From assembly GCA_964601505.1 (NCBI GenBank), contig CAZRNR010000005.1:101-64100 (forward strand): a DNA stretch of 64,000 nucleotides. The letters run 5' to 3'. Shown piece after piece: positions 9,681-18,702 of the stretch. The notes under the pieces are model-generated. The model was not told the origin of the DNA and ran no database searches. It worked only from the letters and a program-made list of their open reading frames with translations. The translations under genes were made by a program, and so were the position numbers. The stretch is from an uncultured bacterium. Its GTDB lineage: Bacteria > Calescibacteriota > Calescibacteriia > Calescibacteriales > Calescibacteriaceae. Every line of letters begins with the position of its first letter. Position 1 is the first letter of the stretch.

Positions 9681-11207
9681 TTATACCTCCTTTCCCTCCT
9701 TTTTTCTCAATTCCTGATAAATAACCTTCGCCTTTTCCTTAAGTTCATACTTCAAGACTTTACCTGTAGCATTTCTTGGAAGAGCATCTATAAAGGTATA
9801 ATATCTGGGGATTTCATTATCTGCGAGCTTATCTTTGAGAAAATTCATAATATCATTTTTTGAAAGCTCTGACTTTGCGACTACGAAAGCGAAGAGATCC
9901 TCTCCGAGCATATGATGCGGCACCGAGACAACAGCAGCTTCAATAACATCAGGATGCGACATAATTGCTCCCTCAACTTTTGCTGAGGAAATGTTAAAGC
10001 CACCCCTTATTATTATATCTTTTTTTCTATCAACTATATATATATATCCTTCTTCGTCCATATATCCAAGATCTCCTGTCTTTGTCCAACCATCTTGAGT
10101 CCATACTTTTTGTGTTGATTCGTCATCTTTAAAATATCTTCTGGGCTTCGAAGATGGGATTCTCATCCATATCTCACCTATTTGTCCACGCGGAAGTTCA
10201 TTTCCTTCGTCATCACATATTTTTACTTCCGTTGGAGGTAGAGGTATTCCAACAGAATCAGGTTTTAAAGAGGCCATACCTGGGGGAAGGAAGCAACCGG
10301 CCATTCCGGCTTCGGTAGCTCCGTAAAGGTTCATAATCCAGGTTTGCTTGAGTTTGTCAGCAAGTTTTTTGATTGCCCAGGATGGCATAGGCGCAGTGCC
10401 AAACATAATAAGTTTTATGTGATCATAATTTTCCTTCCAAAAATCTTCTATCTTCATGACTGATATTAGATGGAAAGGAACAGCATAGAGCATAACTAAA
10501 TCTTTTCTCTTCATCAATTGAAGGAAGTCCTGAGTGTTGAATGCCGGTAATATGACGGCGTTTAGGGCATATCTTAAAGGTATAAGCATCATAGCGTGGG
10601 AACCAGCAAAAGTAAAAAGAGGAACTGAATGCATAAATGTTTTACCAGCATATAAATTTTCATACAAAGAGTCATCTCTGACAAAAAGGCTACTATGCAC
10701 TGATAATACTCCTTTCGGGAAACCAGTGGTTCCTGAAGTATATATTATATCAAGATAATCATCACTTCTTATATCAACTTGAGGAAGTTCATGAGGCATA
10801 GATTTCATTTGCTCCTCACATTCAGTGCGAGACATCATAAAGCTTAACTCAAAATTTTTCAAAAGGTCTCTGAATTCCTCTCCATATATAATCCCCTTCG
10901 CTTCAGAATTTTTGAGAATGTACTCTACACCTTCTTTCGGTAGTCTAACATTTATTGGCACGGGTAAAGCTCCTGCCTTTGATACGGCAAAATATGATAT
11001 CTTGTAGAAAATTCCATCCTTGTTTGAGAACATTATAGCAACTCTATCTCCTTTTCTCACACCTTTCTTTATCAGAAGATGTGAAAGTTGAGATGATTTT
11101 TTACTCCACTCAGAAAAAGTCATTGATTCCACTTTATATATCTCAATAGTATTGTTCGGGTAGAGCTTTGCCTTATCTTCAAGTAATTCAACAACAGTAT
11201 TTGGCAT
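9681..11207 (-). CDS. AMP-dependent acyl-CoA synthetase/ligase (FadD-like)
   Basis: YTSGTTGFPKGV AMP-binding motif, GYMDEEGYIYIVDRKKD, C-terminal PRNATGKVLK; lies 4 nt upstream of the ACAD gene. Confidence 0.85.
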   Translation of the reverse strand: MPNTVVELLEDKAKLYPNNTIEIYKVESMTFSEWSKKSSQLSHLLIKKGVRKGDRVAIMFSNKDGIFYKISYFAVSKAGALPVPINVRLPKEGVEYILKNSEAKGIIYGEEFRDLLKNFELSFMMSRTECEEQMKSMPHELPQVDIRSDDYLDIIYTSGTTGFPKGVLSVHSSLFVRDDSLYENLYAGKTFMHSVPLFTFAGSHAMMLIPLRYALNAVILPAFNTQDFLQLMKRKDLVMLYAVPFHLISVMKIEDFWKENYDHIKLIMFGTAPMPSWAIKKLADKLKQTWIMNLYGATEAGMAGCFLPPGMASLKPDSVGIPLPPTEVKICDDEGNELPRGQIGEIWMRIPSSKPRRYFKDDESTQKVWTQDGWTKTGDLGYMDEEGYIYIVDRKKDIIIRGGFNISSAKVEGAIMSHPDVIEAAVVSVPHHMLGEDLFAFVVAKSELSKNDIMNFLKDKLADNEIPRYYTFIDALPRNATGKVLKYELKEKAKVIYQELRKKEGKEV

Positions 11208-11253
11208 ATATGAATTTTATTGTTTTACTGGAAAGGAAACCGAAAAAACAAAA

Positions 11254-11269
11254 AGTGTAGATTTACACT
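11254..11269. promoter_or_regulatory. Candidate operator: perfect inverted repeat AGTGTA-GATT-TACACT between the divergent acyl-CoA ligase and MerR-like genes
   Basis: 6-4-6 palindrome read directly in the 77-nt divergent intergenic region. A TATACT -10-like hexamer follows at 11271-11276. Confidence 0.3.
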
Positions 11270-11284
11270 ATATACTTAATTCAA

Positions 11285-12016
11285 ATGAGCAAGAGAAATA
11301 TGGAAGAAGAAAAGAAAAAGAAAGTCAGAGAACTGAAAGAAAAAGGTTACCTACCTATAAGGGAGGTAAGCAGATTAGCCGGTGTAGAAAAATCCCTCAT
11401 ACATTTCTATCTGAATCAAAAACTTATTCCAAAACCTATAAAGGTATCAAAGCAAATGGCATACTATCATCGCGATGTTGTTGATAGGATAAAGCTCATA
11501 AAACAACTACAAAAAAGGTATCTGCCAATAAAGGAGATAAAAAGAATAATTAAAACAACAAGAAATATAGAAGATATAAAAAAAACACTCATAAAGATAG
11601 ATTCGCAAATCATAGAAGAATATTATAATGAGCGGAAAGAAAAAGAAACTGTGAAACTTGATGAAAAAACAATAAGAGAATTGGAGAAATTAAAAATAAT
11701 AGACAAAAAAAATTCTCTCTTCAGAAATGAGATAATCGAGATAATATCAAAACTACGAGATATAGGTTTGAATGAGAAAAATGGTTTTTCTGTTAAATTT
11801 CTAAAGAATTATATGGACATATGCAGAAAACTTATTGAAATTGAGTTCAGGGAATTTAATTCGAAAATAATTGGGAATCTTGAACCAGAGGATGTAATTA
11901 AGATAGCCAAAATATCAATAGATGAAGTTTCCGAGCTTATAAAGATTCTTCATAAAAAACTTTTGCTTGAAAAACTCAAGGAGATACAGGACCAAATAAT
12001 CACAATCAAAAAATAG
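11285..12016 (+). CDS. MerR-family transcriptional regulator with a long helical C-terminal domain
   Basis: LPIREVSRLAGVEKSLIHFYLNQKLIP helix-turn-helix near the N-terminus; 243 aa. Confidence 0.65.
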   Translation: MSKRNMEEEKKKKVRELKEKGYLPIREVSRLAGVEKSLIHFYLNQKLIPKPIKVSKQMAYYHRDVVDRIKLIKQLQKRYLPIKEIKRIIKTTRNIEDIKKTLIKIDSQIIEEYYNERKEKETVKLDEKTIRELEKLKIIDKKNSLFRNEIIEIISKLRDIGLNEKNGFSVKFLKNYMDICRKLIEIEFREFNSKIIGNLEPEDVIKIAKISIDEVSELIKILHKKLLLEKLKEIQDQIITIKK

Positions 12017-12357
12017 AAAATCTCACGGTGATACCTTAACTAACTTCTATCTATTCAGATAGATTCAATATCATTCCTAAAAATAGACTTAAAAAGATAG
12101 AATGAGCCTTAGAGATAGATTTTTAAATCAGAATAAATGCAAAGCGATCTTACAATCTTTCTTCCCTCGTATTGAGCTAATATGCCAAGCACAATTCTTA
12201 CAAGTTTTGATGAAACCTTAACTGTTGTGTCAAAAAATTTTTATCCTCCACTTACAATGCAAATTGACAATTTTTGGTACATATTTAGTTGACACAGCAC
12301 TCAACACAAAATTCAGTATAAAAACAAAATTTTAGCTTTTCACAATAAAATCAGAAT

Positions 12358-12849
12358 ATGAGGAGCTTCTCTCTCATAGAGTTATTGATTGTCCTTGCAA
12401 TTCTAGCAGTATTAGCCTCACTCGGGATACCACAATACAGAAAGTTCATTTATAAATCAAAAGTAGCTGAGGTAAGAACTATATTACCAGCAATAATGCA
12501 GCTCCAAGAGATGAGAAGTTCTGAAAATGGGAAATATATAACATGCGGATTTTATCCCCCAAATTCTGGTAGTTCAAAGCTAAACTGGGATGAAGAAAAC
12601 TGCCTTTCAAGAAGGCTAAACTTTAATGTCAAGGGAGGAACATTCTGTCAATACGCTGTGGCAAGCGGTGATTACTCCCTCAACCCTGCATCCGCTTCAC
12701 CTTCAGACGGAACAGAAGTAGAACAGACTCCAGGGGTAGATATAACTGCAATAGCAAAGTGCGACATTGATGGGGATAACAAACCATCATTCTACACACT
12801 AACAGATGAATCAACAGATATAAAAGGTCCATTCAACGATGATTTCTAA
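12358..12849 (+). CDS. Type IV pilin-like protein (prepilin-type N-terminal methylation domain)
   Basis: MRS-FSLIELLIVLAILAVLASLGIPQY class III signal/hydrophobic helix; 163 aa. Confidence 0.75.
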   Translation: MRSFSLIELLIVLAILAVLASLGIPQYRKFIYKSKVAEVRTILPAIMQLQEMRSSENGKYITCGFYPPNSGSSKLNWDEENCLSRRLNFNVKGGTFCQYAVASGDYSLNPASASPSDGTEVEQTPGVDITAIAKCDIDGDNKPSFYTLTDESTDIKGPFNDDF

Positions 12850-12870
12850 TCAAAGAAATTTTCAATCAAT

Positions 12871-14253
12871 CTAATTTACCGGTTGTATATCTTTGATCGC
12901 CTGAATTATAGAAGTAATATCACTTGGGAAAAGATAGACCGACTTTTTATCCATAAGCCCACCGACGATACCAGAGACTCCCCCGTCTGAACTTTTCTCT
13001 CCGAGTAATAGATAATAAGGTTCAGCCCTACCCTCCACATTAATCCTTACCCTGAAAATAGGATTCTTTACAAATTCAGCAACATCTACATTGTCCCCCA
13101 AAAACTTCAGAACGGAAATATCAGAAAGTTTGCTCAAAGATTCCTTAACCTTTGAGGTTTCAAGATTTTTCTTTTCTCCACCACTCAAAACAAGATACCA
13201 TTTTTCGGTATCAACTGGATCCCTCTGGATTATTCTTGATTCTGTAGGAGTTTCTATTGATATCTCCTTTACACGCCACACATAAAACTTGATAACTTGC
13301 CTATTTCTAAAATTTTCGGATAAAATCGGTTCTTGAATAGATTTATCAACTTCAACACTGAATATATTCGGTTTATCTGGCTTTTTAGCATAAACTTGGC
13401 CATCTGCGAACTTCAAATGGATAGAAAATTCCTCCAGTTCCTGATCCTTTGATGAAACATATACATTTAAAGTCATATCTGGGATATCAAGTCCATATTT
13501 AGGTTCAGTGACATCTGAGATAAATTCTTTGACTTTAATACCAGAGATTTTATATAGTAGGTCTCTGATTTTTGAATCATCTGCTTCAGCAAAAGTAGTA
13601 AGATCAGGAAAGAGAATCACCCAATCATTTGTTTCTTGTCTTTCAAAAAGGAATTTTTTATCACCACGCGAAATAATCAACTTTTTAACATCTGTTGTTA
13701 TAAAATCCATAGGTCTTCTCTCTCTAAAATCGGAAAAAGGTTTGTCTATTGAAGCTTCAATAGCAGCACTAACGAGAAAAACTCTATTATCCCCTTCTTT
13801 TTGAACATACACACTATAACCAACTTGAGATTTATTTCCGATACGAATAGAAAAACTTTGTTCATCTGTTTTCAATTCAACAATAAATCTAGGTTTGTCA
13901 AGTCCATAAGGAGCAAAATCACCGGCTTCATTTATAAGTCGCTCTATCTCAATTGAAGAATATCTTGACGCTATCGGATTAACAGAGAATCTATCTGCAT
14001 CTGCAAGGAAAGGATAAATAATACTCCATCTATTTTTGCTCTCTTTCCTAAAACCAATCTTTTCACCGTCTTGTTTTGTTATCCATATCTCCCGAATCTT
14101 CTCTTGGTCAATATTTATAAGTTTTTTTTCATCTTCTTGTATTTTTTTCTTTTTTTCCTCATGTGGTTTGAGGTATAGGAAGTAGAATCCAGCAATTGCC
14201 GCAAAGACCAAAAGCAATATAATTGTTTGTTTAAAGACCCTCATTGCTTTCAA
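12871..14253 (-). CDS. DUF4340-like protein, the usual partner of GldG
   Basis: Single N-terminal TM, repeated beta-rich modules, located immediately downstream of the GldG-like gene. The likely true start is ATG at 14244. Confidence 0.5.
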   Translation of the reverse strand: MKAMRVFKQTIILLLVFAAIAGFYFLYLKPHEEKKKKIQEDEKKLINIDQEKIREIWITKQDGEKIGFRKESKNRWSIIYPFLADADRFSVNPIASRYSSIEIERLINEAGDFAPYGLDKPRFIVELKTDEQSFSIRIGNKSQVGYSVYVQKEGDNRVFLVSAAIEASIDKPFSDFRERRPMDFITTDVKKLIISRGDKKFLFERQETNDWVILFPDLTTFAEADDSKIRDLLYKISGIKVKEFISDVTEPKYGLDIPDMTLNVYVSSKDQELEEFSIHLKFADGQVYAKKPDKPNIFSVEVDKSIQEPILSENFRNRQVIKFYVWRVKEISIETPTESRIIQRDPVDTEKWYLVLSGGEKKNLETSKVKESLSKLSDISVLKFLGDNVDVAEFVKNPIFRVRINVEGRAEPYYLLLGEKSSDGGVSGIVGGLMDKKSVYLFPSDITSIIQAIKDIQPVN

Positions 14254-15677
14254 AGTTTTCTTTTTCTTATGTAAGTGATTAAAGCTAGTATCAAAAACAA
14301 AGAAGGCATTCCAAAAAGAAAGATATTTCTAATAGTTCCTATTTGCCTTGGTGTTAGGACAAGAGATCTTCTTTTTCTTTCCTTTGGTCTCATAGCTACA
14401 AGTTCTCCCCTTTCAGCAACCCAATTGACAGCATTGAGTATAAGGTTTTTATTTCCCAAAAGACCTATAAATCCATTTGAGACAAAATCAGAATCCCCAA
14501 AAACAACGATTCTTGCTTGAGCTGTTGTAGGATTTTGCATAGTACCATATACAACCTCACCTCCTTGTGTTCCTGGAATTCCGGAAGCAGCGACAGCTAC
14601 AGGAACAGGTCCTCTTATATCTTTCCCCTGCTCAAAAGAAACAGTTCCAGAAGCCCAATCATATTCTGCCCATGAGGATTCAGAAGTTTTTGCTATCTCC
14701 GAAATCTCAATACCTGAGATTCTACTTTTTATAAATACCCTGCGTGTTAGCCTCGTTATAACTCCAAGATTGAAATCACGAGTTATGCCATGAGAGTTAT
14801 CATAGTGAATCAAGATGGGCATGGCAGGAGAAGCTCCAAGGGCGCGAGAGCTTGGATCTACAACAACAGAGTTATCAATACCTATACCCCACCCTTCAAC
14901 GATACTTTGAACATTATCCTTTGAATCCGGATCAGATAGAAAAACCGCTCTTCCACCTGTAAGAATGTAGTCTGATATGGATCTTACCTCCTCTTGAGAA
15001 AAGGCAACAACAGGTCCGGCAAAGAAAAGCACATCACATTGAGTTAGTGCCCCCTGTTCCCATGTTCTTATTTTTATCGTTCTAAAACCTTCATTCTTTA
15101 AAGCGTTCGCAAGTTCGGAAAGACCTTGAGGACCCGAATCATTTGGATCTTTCTCACCATGCCCTTCAACAAAACATACCTGAGGTTCATCAACCCTCAC
15201 AAGCTTTAAAAGTGTATTTGTTATTTCAGATTCTATAGTTTTCGTCGGATCATCAAAAGCAAGATTTACCTTCAATCTTCTCTCTCCAAGCTGAAAGACC
15301 ACAGTGCCAAGCTCTCTAATGTCATAGCTTGCGGCAATCTGAGGCTTTTTCTCGGGATCAATAATCTCCCATTTGAAAACACCCGATTCATAGCTATAAA
15401 CCTGCATTACATCTTGAAATTTCTTGGACTCTGGATTATCCTCTCTCATAAAAGCAATAACCTTGAATTCTTTTCCTCCTTCTTTAACCTTTTTCTCTAG
15501 TTCTTTCAGTATATTTTTTGTTTGCTCAGAAAGTGAATGAATCCGCTCTTCTGTCAAATCTTTCAGGTAATAATATTTGTAGGATATAAGATTCAAAATC
15601 ACTATTATTCCAATTAGGAAGGAAGTAGAAATGAAAAAGTTAGTCCAGAATGAAAAAGTTCTACCTGTTATTCTCAT
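14250..15677 (-). CDS. GldG-family protein (auxiliary component of ABC-type transport systems)
   Basis: N- and C-terminal TM segments; VCFVEGHGEKDPND...LSELANALKNEGF and VVFGDSDFVSN motifs typical of GldG. Confidence 0.7.
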   Translation of the reverse strand: MRITGRTFSFWTNFFISTSFLIGIIVILNLISYKYYYLKDLTEERIHSLSEQTKNILKELEKKVKEGGKEFKVIAFMREDNPESKKFQDVMQVYSYESGVFKWEIIDPEKKPQIAASYDIRELGTVVFQLGERRLKVNLAFDDPTKTIESEITNTLLKLVRVDEPQVCFVEGHGEKDPNDSGPQGLSELANALKNEGFRTIKIRTWEQGALTQCDVLFFAGPVVAFSQEEVRSISDYILTGGRAVFLSDPDSKDNVQSIVEGWGIGIDNSVVVDPSSRALGASPAMPILIHYDNSHGITRDFNLGVITRLTRRVFIKSRISGIEISEIAKTSESSWAEYDWASGTVSFEQGKDIRGPVPVAVAASGIPGTQGGEVVYGTMQNPTTAQARIVVFGDSDFVSNGFIGLLGNKNLILNAVNWVAERGELVAMRPKERKRRSLVLTPRQIGTIRNIFLFGMPSLFLILALITYIRKRKL

Positions 15678-16140
15678 AATTTTATACTTTAATAATAAAA
15701 CAAAATAGCATTACACATTTTTCACTTTATTTAAAATTTTGGATTATTCAATAGAAGCTTAATAACTATTATAATGCGTTCTTGAACCTTTACAGTGCTA
15801 TAATAGAGATTCAAGTTTCCTTTCAAGTAGATGCACTATAATTAATAAACCAATACACTTTTTTCTTCTTCTTTTTAGACTTGTCAAGCTTGTCTCCAAT
15901 ATATCAAATCACATATCTGAATTTCGTCTGTACATTGATAGACAACATATCCCATATCTACATAAACAAGAAGTTTAAATGGTGAGGGATTTTGAATTAT
16001 ACCAAGACATTCATTATAAAACCATATATCGATTGTTTCCAATTTATAGGGAAATCCAAAAAGAAAATAGATTACTTGTGGTTCTACATAGATCCTACAA
16101 TCTTATACATTAATTAAAGTTCTTATGTTAATCTGAAAAG

Positions 16141-16176
16141 TCTTGTGAATCAATGATTAATACAAGAGTTTTTTCT
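16141..16176. terminator. Weak hairpin with flanking T/A runs just downstream of the DUF721 gene (possible bidirectional terminator)
   Basis: TCTTGT-15 nt-ACAAGA followed by GTTTTTTCT on the + strand, and by CTTTTC on the - strand. The stem is AT-rich. Confidence 0.25.
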
Positions 16177-16195
16177 GCCATACAAAAACTTTAAA

Positions 16196-16531
16196 TTATC
16201 TTTTATTCATCTTATAAGAAAATCTCTTATATATAGGTACTTGGACCCCATAGACTTCTATTTTTTTGATTAGATCTTCCTTAAGGATATCTTTATTTAT
16301 TTTCTGGATTATTTTTTGCTCGTTTATAGTTATGTAATTTCTCAGTGCTGAGTCATAAAAGCTCATTTTTAGAACTCCTCCTTTGAGAGATATGTTTTTA
16401 GGTTTTGTTTTACCTCCGACTGACTTCCAGTTCTTAACTATTTCAACACAAGCCCAAATCTCTCTATCATAATCTTTCAAAACAGAAGAGATAGAGGATG
16501 AAATATCTTCTATTTTCACTCCTGTTGGCAT
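16196..16531 (-). CDS. DUF721/DciA-like protein
   Basis: 111 aa; IVKNWKSVGG...ISLKGGVLKMSFYDSALRNYI...IIQKIN follows the DUF721 pattern. Confidence 0.5.
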   Translation of the reverse strand: MPTGVKIEDISSSISSVLKDYDREIWACVEIVKNWKSVGGKTKPKNISLKGGVLKMSFYDSALRNYITINEQKIIQKINKDILKEDLIKKIEVYGVQVPIYKRFSYKMNKR

Positions 16532-16580
16532 ACTCCTTACCTTAATTTTAAAAAGACAAGCAAAGCAAATCTACAAAAAT

Positions 16581-17441
16581 TTACAACTGTAAGTCCTTAT
16601 CTTTATCTCTATGATTTATCACACAGGTCAGACCAAGTTCCTTTTCTATAAAATCTTTTATTTTCTCCGCAAAGGCTATTGACCTATGCCTTCCCCCCGT
16701 GCAACCTATAGCTATCGTGGCAGTATATCTCCCATCTTCTATGAACCTGTCTTTCATAAAAATTATCATATCTTTTATCATATCAAGATATTTGACAGCA
16801 TTGGTATCAGAAAAAACATATTCCTGAACTTCCGGATATGTTCCATCTAACTTTCTCAAATCTGGATGAAAATTTGGATTTTTAACAAATCTAACATCAA
16901 AAACAAGATCTGTCTCGGGAGGTATACCGTATTTGAAACCAAATGATATGACATGAAATACTATAGAACCTTTTTCCAAACCAGCTACCTCTCTTATCCT
17001 TTGCCTCAGCTGATGAATATTTATGTCAGATGTATCTATTCTTACATCTGAAAAATCTAATATCTTCAGAAGCAAATCCCTCTCTATCTTTATTGCTCTG
17101 TCTATGGTATTGCCCGCTTCAAAAGGATGTTTTCTCCTTGTTTCCTTATACCTTCTCACAATAACCTCGTCCTTTGCATCAAGAAAAACCAAAATAACTT
17201 CGTAATCTTTTTCTTTTCTCAAGTCCTGTAATGTATCTATAAATTTCTTAACCATTTCAGGGTCTCTTGGAGAAACACCAAAAGTTATAAGGTCGATACC
17301 AGCCCTTTTTGTTAGAGATAAAACCTCGTGTATCAGATCAACTGGAATATTATCAACTGTATAGTAACCAAGATCCTCGAGGGTTTTTAAAGCAGTGGTT
17401 TTTCCAGAACCTGATATACCTGTTATAAAGATAATCTTCAC
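16581..17441 (-). CDS. rapZ: RNase adapter protein RapZ (YhbJ family P-loop ATPase)
   Basis: IFITGISGSGKTTALKTLEDLGYYTVDNIP, C-terminal IGCTGGRHRSIAFAE; 286 aa. Confidence 0.9.
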   Translation of the reverse strand: MKIIFITGISGSGKTTALKTLEDLGYYTVDNIPVDLIHEVLSLTKRAGIDLITFGVSPRDPEMVKKFIDTLQDLRKEKDYEVILVFLDAKDEVIVRRYKETRRKHPFEAGNTIDRAIKIERDLLLKILDFSDVRIDTSDINIHQLRQRIREVAGLEKGSIVFHVISFGFKYGIPPETDLVFDVRFVKNPNFHPDLRKLDGTYPEVQEYVFSDTNAVKYLDMIKDMIIFMKDRFIEDGRYTATIAIGCTGGRHRSIAFAEKIKDFIEKELGLTCVINHRDKDKDLQL

Positions 17442-17636
17442 AACATAGATTATATATCATAAGAAGCAAACAATTTGTTTTTTGGGAATACTTTACTGAA
17501 TTCGTATTTATATCATTATAAAATGAATATCCCTCAATCCCCTTCCACTATTCGCTGCACTTCAAAACCATTATAACGAAAAATCCATAGTGAAAACACA
17601 TAAAATATCAAAATATCTATATATTAATTTTTCAAT

Positions 17637-18404
17637 ATGATCACGGTCTTCATACTCATGTTAGCCTTTGATGAGAATTGTTATAATGGAGTCATTACAG
17701 ATTGCTTGAACGCTGCAAAACTATATGAAAAAGAGAAGAACTACGCAAAAAGTATTGAATTTTTAGACGCAGCTTGCATACTCGGAGATGGATATTCATG
17801 TCTAAAGTTATCACACATATATTTAAAAAACCTCTGGGAAAACGTAAGAACGATAGATGATAAAACAAGACACAAAGTTAGTTATGCCTACTCTTTAAGA
17901 GCGTACGAGATTTTAGGTATCGAAAAAGTATATTATGCGTTTTGCAAAGATTTTGAATTATCAAGTGGATGTTTATACCTTAGCAACATATACGGGGAAC
18001 AAGGAAAAACAGAGGAGAGAAACAAACTTCTACAGAAGGCTCATGAAATAGCGTCAAAAGGTTGCACAGCAGGGAAAGGAGAGGATTGCTTTACACTTGG
18101 TATTATGTATTATTACGGCGTGCTTTTGAATAAAGATGAGAAAAAAGCAATAGAGATTTTGCAAAAATCATGCGATCTTAAAATTGCTGGAGCATGCTTT
18201 TATCTTAAAGATATATATGAATCCGGGAACATCATCCCTAAAGATGAAAAAAAGTCGTTTGAATACCTCAAAAAAGCCTGCGAATATTTTGAACCAAATG
18301 CTTGTTATGAACTCTGGAAGAAGAAAAAAAATAAAGAGTATCTCCTAACAGCATGTGATCTTGGACATAAACAATCATGTTCTGAACTGAACACAAAGAA
18401 ATGA
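17637..18404 (+). CDS. Sel1-like repeat protein of the Hcp (cysteine-rich) type
   Basis: Seven repeats, each bracketed by a Cys pair (six C-x7-C and one C-x8-C), with the A/G/Y pattern typical of SLR repeats. Confidence 0.8.
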   Translation: MITVFILMLAFDENCYNGVITDCLNAAKLYEKEKNYAKSIEFLDAACILGDGYSCLKLSHIYLKNLWENVRTIDDKTRHKVSYAYSLRAYEILGIEKVYYAFCKDFELSSGCLYLSNIYGEQGKTEERNKLLQKAHEIASKGCTAGKGEDCFTLGIMYYYGVLLNKDEKKAIEILQKSCDLKIAGACFYLKDIYESGNIIPKDEKKSFEYLKKACEYFEPNACYELWKKKKNKEYLLTACDLGHKQSCSELNTKK

Positions 18405-18702
18405 AAAAGTCCTTACGCCTATTTAGCAGTATGAAAAAATAGATGTATCAAAGTATGAAGCCTCAAAAATCCGGATTCCAAAATTATAAAGAAGGCTTAC
18501 CAGATGTTGCTTCAATTATAGAATAAATGTTTTAAGTTCCAATGATCCAATCAAATAGTCAAAGTGAATCCAGAAAGTTGAGTTGGAAATATGATTAGAT
18601 GTGAGAGATTTAATTTTTACAGATTTTAACCGTAATATGATCTTTGGTCTTCAATGAGGATTTCCTTACATTTTGATTGATTTGAAATAGAGAAAGAAGA
18701 TT

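Noticed and set aside
12275-12289. Sigma-54-like element TGGTAC-ATATT-TAGT upstream of the pilin gene.
   Set aside because: The -12 GC dinucleotide is missing (TAGT instead of TTGC) and the -24 element has T for C. This is too weak compared with the exact site at 41914.
18405-18702. Short ORFs (23 aa MKPQKSGFQNYKEGLPDVASIIE and 12 aa MIRCERFNFYRF) as possible precursor peptides for the radical SAM enzymes.
   Set aside because: They lie beyond the 3' end of the divergently oriented membrane gene, not next to any rSAM gene. They lack ribosome-binding sites and Cys/Gly-rich core features.
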